Assembly (NCBI GenBank): GCA_017499595.2
Contig: CM039008.1
Span: 620,001-684,000, forward strand
Direction of reading: 5' to 3'
DNA length: 64,000 nucleotides
Source: Psilocybe cubensis
Taxonomy: Eukaryota
Made by a program: the position numbers and the translations under genes. This document shows, piece by piece, positions 26,066 through 40,057 of this stretch. Positions within the stretch are counted from its first letter, which is position 1. Every line of letters begins with the position of its first letter. The notes under the pieces are model-generated. The model saw only the letters and a list, made by a program, of their open reading frames with translations. It did no database searches and was not told the origin of the DNA.

Positions 26066-29000
26066 CTATTCAGCACCCTGGATGATTTCTTGGGGATGCC
26101 CACACGAAAGGTCGAGTTGAGCTAGGAGACCGATCATGAACGGATATGTTTGAATTTTATCCAGCAAGATATGAGTCTGTTCGGCCAGTTCAGGGAGTTC
26201 CATCTCCAGGCGACGCTGAAATTCTAACAATTTCGTCCTTGCGGCAATACCATCAGCATGTCGCCCTGCAGCGCAGCATATGATGGTCTCTGAGTAGAGT
26301 GAACTTGTGAACGACAGGGATAATCCTTTTCTACCATCCACAAGCTTTTCATAATAACTTCGTACTTCAAATATCAATTCTGCTGCTTGCGAAAGCTCAT
26401 TGTTTGCAGCAAGACGGTCGGCAAGGGTACGCTTAGCGTCAATGTAACTCGATTCGATCTCTGACCAAGGCAAAGTCGCATACTTGTTTCTGAGCCCCTC
26501 TGCGTAATCCAATGCCTTTTTTGCGGCAGATAATGCTTCGGCTTTCTGCCCAATGTCTTCAAGAGCGTCAGAGAGACAACAGAGACAATCCGCCTCCAGA
26601 ACATGGCCATAAGACGCGGTTTTAGTCGCTTTCATGAAGTCTTCGCTATGGCACAATTCGAGTGCTTCTTCTATATAATCGACGGCCTTTTGGAATTGCT
26701 TCGTGTCTCTAGCGGCGAGAGAGCAGACACGGAGGCAGCTGACAAATTCGATTGGACAGCTCGTTACGTTCGGTCGGGCTAGGGATTCACATTCCACGCT
26801 AGCGTTTGCTGCATCGGCAAAACGTCCCATGAGACCGAAAACTTGGGCACGTCGGTACATACATCCCACAAGGAGATCAATGATTGCTGGTTCTAGAGGG
26901 CGGGACCGGCCGACTTCAATCGCCTTCTCGAGAAATTCCAAAGGCTTTCGGGTAAGCCCCTGGTTGAAAGCCGTAGCGCAAGCCTGGATGAGACAGTGAA
27001 TATGCAATTCGGCTTCTCTCGCATTTTGGTAAGGGTGTGAATCGAACCAATCAAGGCCTTCCTGAATAGCAGTAGAAGCTTCTGATAAACGTTCAAACCT
27101 CGAAAAGACATATGCTCTGCTGAAAAACGCTTGTACGAGCATCGCATTACCCTCATTGGGTGACCTTTCAGCGAGTATCCGTGCGTAGTCGACGCTATAC
27201 TGTGCCCGCTCTATGCATTTGGTTTCATTTTCGATGACTTGTGCGAGATCGAAATTGAGTTGCAAAGCAAATTTATATTGGGGAACGATAGAGAGGTCTT
27301 TTTCGATTAGCGTGGAGTGAAGTTGCAATGATTCGTAGCCGTCGCTTAAAGCTTCATCGTGTCGGTTAGAGTGAAGGAGGTTTAATGTGAGTTGATTGAG
27401 AGTGCTTGCAATGGACTTGGTATATTGATCCGGATCACTAAATGCAAGGGCGCGATATTTCGTAAGAGCCATATGTAAAGCTTCAATTGCATCAGAGAAT
27501 CGACCTGCAAGACGAAGGTCCACTCCCAAATCAAAATACCCATGCGCTGCCTTATCCGATTTCGAGTCAAGAGCCGTCTGATATACCGTTATGGACTCCG
27601 TCCTGATAGTAGCCGCCTCACTATGTCGATCAAGTTTACGATAGCTCCAAGATAATTCGTTCAGTGCATCAGCACGGAAAGCTTGCTCGTCATTTATGTC
27701 CTTTGCCAGTTCTGAGATTTCTTGCCAAACAGCAACTGCTTCGCTATATCTTTCGAGTTTGTTCAGAGTGTTGGCCATCTCGTAAAGGGCATGACACAAG
27801 GAAGTGATGTATTGATCTCTGTCCTGCTCGCATAAAGATCGGTAAATCTCCACAGACTGCTGGGAGTATACGAGGGCTTGTTCGAGCTTGATGACCTCGT
27901 GGAATTGTCGATGCGCAAGTCGATAAAAGAATCCAGCAAGGTCCACTTGGACAGAACTGCGGAAGGAATAACCAGAGTTAGCGACGATATCCACAGCTTT
28001 CATACATGCCCATGCGGCACTTTGCAGCTGATTCATGTTTTGGAGGCTAAATGACAATTGGTCCAATGCCCGGTAATAGTCACAAATTGATTTCTCTGTA
28101 AAGCCTTCCAAGATCTGCGCCCACTGGTATCTAGTTTTTGACACCGGTTGATGTTCCAGAGATTCGTTGCTCTGTGGAAAACGATGTTTGATGATTTCGT
28201 TCTCATAAATGGAGACTCCCTCCTGAGCAGCCTGCAATGATGCCGCGCCTTCTCCCATTAGGTCCAATACATAGGCAAACGCTATCAAAGCTTCACCCAG
28301 TTGAAGTTTGATCTCACGATCTGCGAATCGAGACTGCAGGCTACGGCTAATGGATATAGCTTCTATTATCGTAGATTTCGCGCCATCGTTGTCGTTAATG
28401 CCGGTATAGTACTTTGATAGAAGCCGTAAAGCATGGACAAGATAGGGGGAGTATATGGCGGGGTTTGTTTTCACGAGCGTCCGAAACAGATTTACAGTCC
28501 AAATTCCCATCGACGCTGCTTCTTCGTACATTTCCAATGAATACAGTCCAACAGAAAGGTTGACCATGTTCCAAGCACCTTCCTGAATGGACAGCGTGCT
28601 GGAATCGCTGCGGATGCTTGATTGTATTTCGAGTGTTTGCTCAATGATATTTTGTCTAAATGCTTCTCGGTCTCGTGATGGCCCAGTGTTCAAGACTGGC
28701 TGGAATGGTCGTAGATAGTCTTCAAGCGGCGCCTCAACAGGGTAAGAATTCGTTGTCGACAATTCTATCAGATAATTATCGATTGCGTCTACCTGAAAAC
28801 GGAGATATGTGTCGGCTATGAGATTGGTTGTCACCTGTGGGGGAAGTTTCGACAACATCATGTCGCTGGATCCGACAAACGCTATAAGCCTCTCATCAAG
28901 AAGTACCCTGCGCTTCTTTGAGATTTCTTTCCGGGTGTCATCGGCGGAGGTCATTTGGTACCTCCCACTGGTGATATCACCCTTCCGTTTGTCTGTTTTA

Positions 29001-29589
29001 ATCATCTGCATACTACAGTCAGATTTTGTAAGAAGACGAATACAAATAGAACAACTTACACCTAAAAAGCGAGTGTGACATTTATTGATTCGGTGTTTGA
29101 GTTCCCTAATTTCAGAATAAACTCTATCATGGGCAGTACCCCATCCGCCTGACTGGCCCCTGCCCGGCGAAATAAGCTGCTGTTGTGGATTGGAGGGAAA
29201 GGTTTGACAACATCTATGGCACGCAAGTTTCATATACCTGGCAAAACGATATAAGACAGAATCGACGACCATAATCAATACATGGCTCACAGCATTAGCT
29301 CCAGTAATGCGACGTTCATATCCTTTTCTTCGAATGGGGTGCATGAACGTTCATTGTAAAGTTCTGCAAGCTTGACGATAGCTGAACTGATCTGAGCAGT
29401 CTCAGTATGAAGGTCGTGTAGGCTTTGGTCGCCCTATTGTTATTCGACCCTTTCAGCAGCATTCCAAGTTGATCGACCAATTCTCACCTTGTCAAATGTT
29501 TCTTCCATTGTGCCGGCCAGCCCTATCATGTATTCGAGGGCGTTTGGTAGGGAAACGCTGGAGAGGACAAGGGACAGTGGATCGGACAT
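26066..29589 (-). CDS. MLKL/HeLo-like N-terminal domain + TPR-repeat protein (paralogue B)
   Basis: ATG at 29589 (MSDPLSLVLSSVSL...), exon layout matching paralogue A, long terminal exon of TPR-like helical repeats (ADALNELSWSY, EAVAVWQE). Confidence 0.8.
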
Positions 29590-30083
29590 TGTTGAGAGTA
29601 TCGATAGAGTAAGGAACAAGCCAGGTACTCATATTCATCGCTTTGTATAAGGCCGAAGATCCAGGAGTATGGCTACTGAACGGTGGCTGTATTACAGAAG
29701 AGACGGTGGCTGCGCCTGCCAATCATCCTTCACGAGGTAGGTGATGATGGAGATCCGTAATAACTCTTGATTGAATATCAATAACAGCTGTATCTGAACT
29801 GTCAGTTAACGCTGCAAAAAGTGGGCAACAAAGTATAATTTGCAGTGCAGTGCGATTGACGGCGAGCGCGATTTGAATGTCACCGTTCAGGTGCAAGTAC
29901 AACTTGGGCGTAACTGGATTCTAATTCCAGTCACTCTACAACAACGTGACTCACAACTTTATACACCAATCAAATTGTTTTGTGAAGTTCTTTATTTTTA
30001 TAGACTATTTAATAGATTATGTTTAGTCATAGGGGTGTCAAGTAGTGCCAGCACATATTTCATAAGTTCAGAGACATACACTG

Positions 30084-33000
30084 CTACCTACTTTTTAATG
30101 TAGTCCGTGAATGATGCTCACAGCGAATGTCAAGTTTACCCAGCAGAATGATCCACGATGGATAGGTTTCATCTTTCAAAAGCTGAAGTCGAATCCGTTC
30201 GGCAAGTTCAGGAAGCGCAATGTCCAAGCGAGATTGAAGGACTTGTAGCTTAGCGATCGCAGACATTCCCTCTTCGTGTCGTCCAAATTTGCAATACAAG
30301 ATACTTTCCAAGCGTAGAGATCGAGCAAGAGGTAATGAGTTGCCATTTCTTAACTTTGCCCGTTTCTCGTAGTAAATGCGCGCTTCCAATGTGACTTCTA
30401 AAGCTTTATCAAGATCGTTGTTGGCGGCTAAACGCATAGCAAGTGTATGAAGAGCTTCGATGTAGCTCGGTTCAATCTCCGACCAAGGTAGGGTGGCATA
30501 CTTTCCCTTGAGTGCAAGGGCAGCGTCGACAGATTGTCTAGCCAGCTCGAGTGCTTCAGAGTTTTTTCCCGCATCCGCGAGGCAGTCGGAGAGGGTGTAC
30601 ATGCATTCACTTTCGAGGATAGGAGCAAAGTATCTCTTCATGGCTGCTTTCTCCAGCTGGGGAGTGCGGCACAATTGCAAAGCTTCCTCGATGTAAGCAG
30701 TAGCTTTTGTAGTAGCTCCAACGTCTCTGAATGCGATAGAGTTGGTTCGGAGACAGCTAATGAGATTGACTATGCTGGTCGGGTGGTCTAATTTTCGAGC
30801 GAACTCCTCGCATTCAATACAGGCATCTTTAGCGTCATCATAGCGACCCAGGAAACCAATTACTTCAACACGACGTTGCATAGATCCCACGAGAGTATCA
30901 GCAATGATTTGATCAGAGGGAAATTGTTTTCCGATGTCAATCGATTTCTCGAGTAATTCCAGCGGGACACGGGAATATCCCAAATTATGGCTGATACTAC
31001 ACGATGTAATGAGAGTGTGCATTTGTTGTTCGGCTTCCTTCGAGCTTTGGAACGGATGTCGCTCAAACCAATCGACTGATTCTTGGATGGCGGTCATGCC
31101 TTCTGAAAGGCGTTCGAATCGGCATAAAACCACAGCACGACTCAAAATAGCCTGCATAAGCAAAATCCTGCACTCCTCTTCAGGAAACTGTTCAGCTAAC
31201 TCTCTAGCACAAACAACGTTATGGCGGGAGCGCTCTATGCACTTAGTCTCGTTTTCCGCGACTTCGGCAAGATTGATATTGAGGAGCACGGCGAAACGAT
31301 ATTCTTGAACAGCAGTGGTATCTTTCTCGACTAAGACTTTGTGAAGTTTGAGGGATTCGTAACCATCGTTAAATGCTTCGTCGTGGCGATTAGAATGTAT
31401 AAGATTGAGAATAAGCTGGTTCAGAGTGTTTCCGATGTTCTTTGTGTAATAAGGGTCGTTGAAAGCTAGAGCACGATACTTTGTAAGGGCAATGTTCAGG
31501 GCCTCCACGGCTTCTGCGAACCGTCCAGCAAGTCGAAGGTCTACCCCAAGATTGTAGTACCCGTGGGCGGCCTTGTCGGAAGTCGAATCAAGGGATGTCT
31601 GGTAAACCGTCACGGATTCGGACCTGATAGATGCAGCCTCGCTGTGTCGTTCAAGCTTTCGATAATTCCAAGAAAGCTGGTTGAGCGCGTCGGCGCGGAG
31701 AACTTGATTGTCGACAATCTCCTCGGCGAGTTGAGCGGTTTCCTTCCAAATGACCAACGCCTCGTCATAGCGTTCGAGCTTTCCAAGAAGATTGGCATAT
31801 TCAAACAGAGATTCGCATAGGCTTAAAATGTGTTGGTCTTTATCAGCAAGATAAAGAGGCCTATAGCGGGCGATGCACTCCTCAGCATACTTCAAAGCTC
31901 TTTCAAGTGTTGTTACCGTGTGAAATTGTTGGTGCGAAAGTCGATATAATGAAGAGGCGATATATGTTTGATTGTCCGGGTTGTCGCGTACCTCAGGTCT
32001 TGAATAAAGGATAACCTCAAGGGCTTTCACGCCAGCCTTGAAGGATTCTTCAAGTTCATCTACCCTCTGAAGACTGAATGATAGTTGTTCAAGTGCTCTG
32101 GAATAGTCGCAAACCGCCTTGTCGGAGAAATAGAACAATGCCAGCCCCCAATGCCATGATATTTGGGATGGATGGACCATCAGATTGGGATCAACTCCAT
32201 TGTCGGGGATGTAGCTTTTGATGAGGCGATCTTCATATAGCAGGACACCCTCCTTTGCAGCCTCCAAAGATGCCTCGGTATCATTCATAAGATCGCAAAT
32301 AAAGGCAAGCGTTATCAAGGCTTCACCCAGCTGGAACTGAATCTCGGGTTCAGAGAACGGTGATTGAATACGACGACTGATAGATATAGCTTCCAAAATT
32401 GCAACCTTGGCCTTGTTGTTCTCGTTGATTTTGATATTGAATCGTGCGAGAAGACGCAGTGAGTGAACAAGGTACGGGGAGTAAATTGCAGCGTTGGTAT
32501 TAACAAGAGTCCGGAAGAGATTCACAGTCCATTGACCCATGGATGCTGCTTCTTCGTACATTTCCAGAGAGTGTAGCCCGATGGAAAGGTTAACCATACT
32601 CCATGCTCCTTCTTGAATGGAGAGGGTACTCGAATCGCTACGAAGACAGGACTGAATTTCCAGAGACTGGGCTATGATGTCCTGTCTGAAAATATTCTTG
32701 TCAGATGATGGACCAACGTGTAGCACTGGTTTGTAAGGCTTCAGGTAATCATCCAAAGGTTCTTCGACCGTATATGTGTTTTTGGAAGATAGTTCTTGCA
32801 GGTACCCATCGATAGCGTTGATCTGAAGACGGAGATATGTGTCGGAGATGAAGTCGGCCGTAATTTCTGGAGGAAGAGTCGAAAACGTTCTTTCAGAAGT
32901 ACCCACAAACGTGACTAGAGATGCATCAGACACCCCAGAATTCGCAGGCATCTCCACACGGCGGACTAATAGACTAGATGAGCGCCTGCGCCCCATCTCG

Positions 33001-33598
33001 ACAATGCGCTTTTCTATCCTCATAACAGTGAACATCTTTGAGCTGATTTATTAGCCATAGCGACGGCAAAGAGTATAAAACATACCATAAATCGAGAGTG
33101 ACATTTATTTACATGATTTCGAAGTTCAACTATTTCAGATTCCATTTTATCACGGTTCTTCCAGCCACTAAATGCAACCTTGAATTTGCCTATCTTCGTT
33201 GCTGGCTTTGGCGGTACCATTTCACAACATCTCGTGTAAACAGATTTCATCGCACTGTCGTGGGTTAGTATACTAATGAAGAGAAGGTGAGTTGCACACA
33301 CATCTTGAGCTCTAATAGGGCAGTCTTCATGTCCTTCGCATCTGATAGGACCGTGTAATGTTCATCGCAAAATTCCTTGAGTTCTCGAAGCGTCGCACTA
33401 ATCTCTGTCGATAACGCATGCAATTGCCGCAAGTTGTGGGAGGTCTACACAATAAAACCATGAATGATCCTGAATTAATTCGTTGGTAGCACAAACCTTT
33501 GTAAATGATTCTTCGATTTTCTGAGCCAGCTCAATGATATCTTTTAATGCCGTTGCGAGAGTTATAGCAGCTAGGGTAAGCGACAGAGGGTCAGCCAT
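30084..33598 (-). CDS. MLKL/HeLo-like N-terminal domain + TPR-repeat protein (paralogue A)
   Basis: MADPLSLTLAAITLATALKDIIELAQKIEESF, three short exons, then a 983-aa exon with TPR-like repeats clearly homologous to 26066-29589. Confidence 0.82.
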
Positions 33599-34223
33599 TG
33601 GCGGAACTTAGATGTATGGGCAAATGCCCATTATCTTTCATCCCTATAGCGTTTGTGAGAGAACAGCCATTGGGCAGTGCGGTACAAATCCGGAACAACG
33701 TTTGACACGATTTCTATCACTTGACACTGATAAGCTGTTCAATTATTCAACCACAGGAGACAGAGATTGTTGTGGGTATTCTGACTGACTGAAGTGTACT
33801 CAAAACCCACAAAGCAAGGATCAAATAAGATGATTTGAGAAGAGAGGGGCGAGAGGACGAAGTTGTGAGAGAAGAGACGAGATACTGTGTCACAGATATG
33901 TGACGGCGGCAGGGAATGCCGAGCAATTCCGGCATAGACGTGCAGGAGCGGCATAGTTTTGTATGGATTTCCACATGGTTGTTTTATCCATAATCTATAT
34001 TATACAGTAGGGTGCATACGTATTATTACATATGTAGAATAGCTAGACGAACAGACCATGAATAGACACTCTAATCCAATCTTTTTATGTTTCTCGTTTG
34101 CCCGTCTTCGTGACTTCTCACGCACCGTCACAAGATATCATCACGTTGTGACAAAAAAGTTTGGTGCAGATACCGAACCTTCGTCTCAATTATACAATCT
34201 ACTAGTAATAACCCGGTCCTCTA

Positions 34224-36598
34224 ATGGCGGCCTTACAAAAAACTGGTAAAAAACGCTCTGCGCCCTCACAAAGTGGACCGAAATCGAAAAAAGTCCATGT
34301 TGAAAACTCAAAAGCGGATAAAAAACGAAGCCAACCTGTAACGCGTCCTGTTGTAACCCAAGATTCAGAATCCGGGACAGAGGAGGAATTAGACGAGGTT
34401 GAGGAACCTTTGGAAGAGGATGGATTACAAGAGGCAGACGATGACCAGATGCAAGTTGATACCCAGGTGGAACAACGACCCAAAGATCCAAATGGTGCGC
34501 CAAATTCTTAAAATATTGTTTGCTTCCCCGCCTCATAAAATGTTTTGTATATACAGCCGCTCGTGAATCTCATAAAGCACAAAAAATTATACATGAACAA
34601 CGCCGTGCTGCCAAACCCCATTCTACTCTGCTTGTAGATGCCAAAAAAGTCTGGGCACTCGCTCGACAGAAAAACATTCCAACGGCCGAACGAACGAAAC
34701 ATATCAAGGATTTGATGAACGTTATTCGGGGAAAGGTTACAGATATTGTCTTCAAACACGATGCCAGTCGTATCGTGCAGACGGTTGTAAAACATGGAGG
34801 CCAGAAAGAGAGAGATGAGGTCGCATCAGAATTGAAGGGGAAGTTCAAAGATTTGGCCCAGAACAAATATTCAAAGGTATCCATCGTCGGTATTACTGCT
34901 TTTTAGCGATGCTTATATGTTCCTTTATCAGTTCCTAGTCACCAAACTGATCAAACTATGCCCTTCGCACCGTGCTTCAATTCTTTACGAGTTCCAGCCA
35001 TACGTTCTCCGAATGTTGCTCCATCGCGAGTCTTCCTCCGTATTAGCTGATTCATTTGAGCTTTACGCCAACGCATACGAACGAACAATCCTATTGCGGG
35101 AGTTTTATGGGAAGGAAGCCGGGCTGTTCAGTCTAACCAGTGGTAGTGAGGAAGACAAGGAGAGAGCAAAGAAAGGTCTAAGTGGGGTTCTGGAAGGAGC
35201 AGACAACGAAAGACGAAGAAGAATCCTCGGTGCAGTAAAAGACAACCTTGCAACGATGTAAATATTTATCTCTTCATTATCCTTGGAGATACTGATCACA
35301 ACGTACGCACAGATTTAATAATTCTGACAAAGGCGCTGTCACCCATGCGATTGTCCATCGAGCATTGTGGGAGTATATCACTGCCATTAACACTGTCCCC
35401 GACGAATCAGAACAGGAAAAATTGAGAAGAGAGATCTTCGAAACGTAAGTTATCAATGTTGCTCCCAATGTCTCTTGTTTGATATTTTTCCAGGTGTCAA
35501 GACATGCTCGCCGAGATGGTGCACACAAAAGACGGAAGCCGCGTCGTCCGTCAATTCCTTGCCCAAGGTGGTGCAAAAGTATGCAGTGTGAACACTTCAA
35601 CTTCCTTCTTTTTCTTATCTCTCTATAGGATCGAAAGCAAATTATGAAAACACTAAAACCCCACATCGAGCGTATGTGCCTTGACGATGAAGCGCAGTTA
35701 GTCCTGTTCACAGCATTAGATGTGACCGAGTGCGTTTTATTATTTTATTTTCAATCCATGAGGAACCCGTCATACTTATCAATTACATAGCGATACTAAA
35801 CTCCTCGCCAAAAGCCTTGTTTCCGCCATCACTACTGTCGCCCAAAAATTGTACTCCAGTCCCCAAGGTCGTCGAAGTCTTCTTTACCTTCTCCTTCCTC
35901 GATCAAGACGGCATTTCACCCCTGCTCAGATCGCATCTTTGGCTGAAACAGATGAGATTCGGTCACGGACAAGTAAGAAGAGCCCGGAGAGCAGAGAGGA
36001 AGAAGTGAGACGCGCGGCGAGTGAAGACCTCATAAGATGGGTTGAGCAGTCCGGCGAGAGTTTGGTTCGGGAGCCAGCAGGGTGTTTGATCGTTACCGAT
36101 ATCATGCTCTATGGCGAAGGAGGTACGTTGCGCCTCTCTTTCCACTATTAGTTCTGAGCTGACAGTGTATATTGCCAAAAAGATAAATCAGAAGCTACTT
36201 CAACACTTTTGAAAGCCTTGTCGTCACCAACAATACCGGAACCTCATCCCATTGACCTCCCACCAACATCCCGAGTTTACAAGGCTCTCCTCCAAGGCGG
36301 GCACTATAATCACACCACTGGTGCCGTTGAGCGTGTGCCTACGACTTCGTGGGACTCTTCGGTGTTTGCTAACCAGTTCCTCAAAATTGTTGGCCGCGAG
36401 GCCACTGTATCCATGTGCCAGGGTAATGGAAATGGGGCGTTCGTGGTTGCAGAACTTTGTGAGGCCTTGATAAGAGCTGAAGCTTCAGATGGGCGGAGAA
36501 CCTTGAAGGCCTGGTTTACGGATGAGCTGGTAAAGGAGATTGAAGCCAGTGAAGCGAAGGGTAAAAAGGTATTGTTGGAAAAACTAGCTTTACTATAA
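34224..36598 (+). CDS. PUF6: Pumilio-homology nucleolar protein Puf6
   Basis: IVFKHDASRIVQTVVKHG, LAQNKYSKFLVTKL, MVHTKDGSRV, GRRSLLYLL (CPL region). Confidence 0.92.
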
Positions 36599-36889
36599 GT
36601 TGTATGGATTTTTTCATCGCTATTGGCTACTTATACTAGTGATATATATTGATATACATTGTGTATGATAATACTCTGGTTTCAGAGTTGAAAAAAGTTC
36701 TCGAGCTTGCTTGAAGCTTGCACTGTCATTATCAATAGCTTCCCGACATCCAAATTTAGAATTTATCTCCATATTTGGTCGCCACGTACGTACACTGCTC
36801 ACCGTGTTCAGCATTCACGCTTCGTTCACTCAAACACTTGTTTAACGCTAACCCAACAGTGATCCGTATACTGTTTTCTATGAATCACT

Positions 36890-37719
36890 ATGTAAGAGCA
36901 GCCGACACTGGTTACTTCGGCAAGGTTTACTCAATCTTACACAGGCCTCCTAAAGGCGGATTCAAGAAAAAGGCAACTGGGGATGCTTCAAATCCCACCT
37001 CTCCAGTAAGCTGTCTTGCGCTGTGCGCACCCTATTTAATTCGAATTGCTGACACGCAAAAACTTCCAGTCCTTAGCTTCACGACATTCTTATTTAGAGA
37101 ACCCTCGTCCGTTCAAAAATCCGAACTACACCAAGAACGTCAACCGTAGGGCGAAGAACCTTAAGGCAGTCCTTGGGCAGGAGCGAGAGCGTGAGAGAGC
37201 AGAGAGGGAGGCAAGGCGTATTAAACGAGAAGAGGCTTTGAAAACGAATCCGAGCGCTGCAGCAGACATTCCGGAGGATGCGCCCACTTGTTCGTGTTTT
37301 GCTTTGGTGGAGCGTTACCAGTCTGACTGGGTCGTGTTTGTTCTAGATACCACGATTGAGGCGCCCCCTTCAGTAATACCCCATAAACATCTCTGCGATA
37401 TTACGGGCCTAGAGGTGCGTAAAACCAGGCTTTCCTCTCTACTCCCAGAAGTGAACTCCCGTCTCTCGCCAGGCACCCTATACAGATCCAGCAACTGGCC
37501 TCCGCTACCACGATAAAAGCGTTTATGAGATCATAAAAGGGCTGGTAAGCTTTGAAAAGTTCAAACGTCTCTATATATCTACAAGCATACTAAGTTCGCG
37601 ACAGAGTACAAGCATTGCAAAAGACTACTTGTCAGGTATGTGTTTTCGTCCTGCACGCTGAACGATAATTCAACTGGTTTTCTTTTGAAGCTCGGGGTGT
37701 GGTTTCTATTGTCAAGTAG
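36890..37719 (+). CDS. IES6: INO80 complex subunit Ies6 (YL1_C domain); start ambiguous (36880 or split ATG at 36890)
   Basis: PRPFKNPNY...[47 protein letters not shown]; stop TAG 37717-37719. Confidence 0.88.
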
Positions 37720-37917
37720 ACTCCATTACGGGCGTCTGTATGGCTATGGCATAGCCGATGTATCACCAACTGTATGTATGTATCTTAATTGTTGTTCAGA
37801 AGAGTATTCTTTCCCAAACTCGTGGTGTACGCCCTATTTGCCTGGAGACTTCTACCTTTTGTATTACCTCGTAAATCCATCTCAAGCCAGGATTTACCTA
37901 TCATGGCCACCGCTGCC

Positions 37918-40057
37918 TTACTCAACATCCGAAGGGACATTCTCTAACAAAGAAACGGCATCCGGAGAGCGTGCCTTGAGCCTCATAGGAAATGGCTCCA
38001 GGAAACTATCAACCCATATCAGGAGAAGTTACAAATCTAATGCAAGAAAACAACATACGTAATTGTCCCCGGGGTGTACGCAAACTTGGGCAACACTTCC
38101 TTCCCATGTTCATCGAGTCCAGGCAGAATATGGCAGGTCGCGAGAGTAGTTGCAATAATCGCAAAGAGTGTACCTTCCGCAAAATGCATCCCTGGACAAA
38201 CTCGTCTTCCAAATCCAAAGACGATCTGTCGCCTTCTTCATTTCTGATTCGCTGCCGTTGAATCTCTCGGGTTTGAACTCCATCGGGTCTGGATAGACTT
38301 CTGGGTCATGCAACATGTGCCTTTGGCATCGAGTGTCAATGAGTGACTACGTTGGACCAAGTTTGTACACACCAAACGTTGGGCAAGATAAAGGCGCCCT
38401 TGGGTATATGATATCCTTCATAAACATCATCTTCACTAACTGCATGGGGTATTCCTGGAGGGTGGACTTTGTCGGCGTTAGCAAAAACGGCACAGGTGAT
38501 AAACTGACCTAGAGGTATAGAAGGACCCATACGAAACACCTCCGCCATTATGCTCCTGATATACGGCAATCGCGGCCTATCTGATATGGTGGGTAATCTA
38601 TCCTTTCCGACAACACTATCAAGTTCTGCCTGCGCCTTTGCTTGGATTTGGGGGTTCAGAATCATAGCAGCCCAGAACATCATAACCGAGGATACATTCT
38701 GTCAAACACAATCGTCATATGTCGCAACTTAGCAAGAAGAAGGTAAAGGCCTACTGTATCAAGACCTCCTCCCATGACACTTGACGCAGCCCAACCAAGT
38801 TTCAACTCGTCATCCTCCGTGATATTTTCCCCTGCTTCCTGGATAAATGTACCACAAAGATTTGGCATTAACGTCTTTCCTGTTTTCTGCTCCTCGTTTT
38901 AGCATTGTAACAAGTCGTCACTACCAGCTTTCGTCAGGACCATACCAAGTTGTTTTTACACCACTCGTAATTGTTCCATGTTGCTGACCACATCACTTTA
39001 TGCATTTCTTCAGCAGTCTTCAGAAAACCCGCTCCCGGCATCCATCGAGGTATGTGCTTCACTGCAGATTCCATTGTTAAATTCCGCTCCCTCTGTCCAC
39101 CTTGTGGAATGATCACGACGTACAAGCAGGCACGAAATCGACCAAGAAATTTCCGGGCTGCGTTGCTTTCCCAAAATTCGCCATGGCCAACAGCGGTGTT
39201 GTCAAAAACGGGTCGTCTGCAGACTCAACGTAATACCCGTACGTCACTCTGAGGATAATGATTCCTATTCGCCTAGTGGTTTCAAAACATCAGACAAATT
39301 ATCGCCAATAATCCAAATTAAATAAAGGAAAGGGTGTGTACGCACAGATTGACCTCAGATATGAACTTGCTGGGGTCTTTGATCAAGTTTCGCACTAGCC
39401 TCGCCGATTCTTTGTCCTGCAGGCTGAAATAACGGGGGACCATGCTCTGCGAAAAGTCATTAGCGACCATACGGCGCTATTTTCTCCAATTCTCGCCATA
39501 TGGCTGGAGAACAAATGTTTCGTCGTAGTGAACTCTGAAGGCATGCCAATAGTCACTATCATTATATTCATTAGGATGACAATGGGGGGATGGGCATACA
39601 GATCTCCTGCAAATTTCTTGAAGAGACGATAATGTTGAGTTTAAGCAATACGAGCAATTGGGAAGAAAGTTGAGAAACTCACAAAGTGGGGTCGATCGGA
39701 GTAAATAGACGAGCGCTTATCAAGCAGGTCTTTGGCCACCTTTGTGGAATTGATGATGATCAATGACTGCCCGAAAACGTCGACGTGAATGATATTGCCT
39801 GAATTTCACTCAATGATGAACACGCTCTTTTACGCTTCAATGATCAACCACGTACCGTATTGCTTCCCCCATTCTCCAAATACGAGCCAAGGATCTTTGT
39901 CTGGCATTTGGTGTGCATTGCCTATCACTGGGAGACGCCGCGGGCCTGGAGGATGTCGCGATCCCCGCTTTTGTGATCCAGCAAGATAATAAACAGCGAG
40001 CGCTCCTAACGAAGCAGACGCGATGAAGGTGGGGGAAGTCAGAATATCCATTGCCAT
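37918..40057 (-). pseudogene. Cytochrome P450 pseudogene (CYP64-clan / CYP5144-like)
   Basis: PPGPRRLPVIGN, GGGLDT, EVFR, PERF, FGFGRRVCPG all present, but in-frame TAG at 39477-39479 (WRK*RR) and a frameshift at about 38222 just before the heme motif. Confidence 0.8.
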
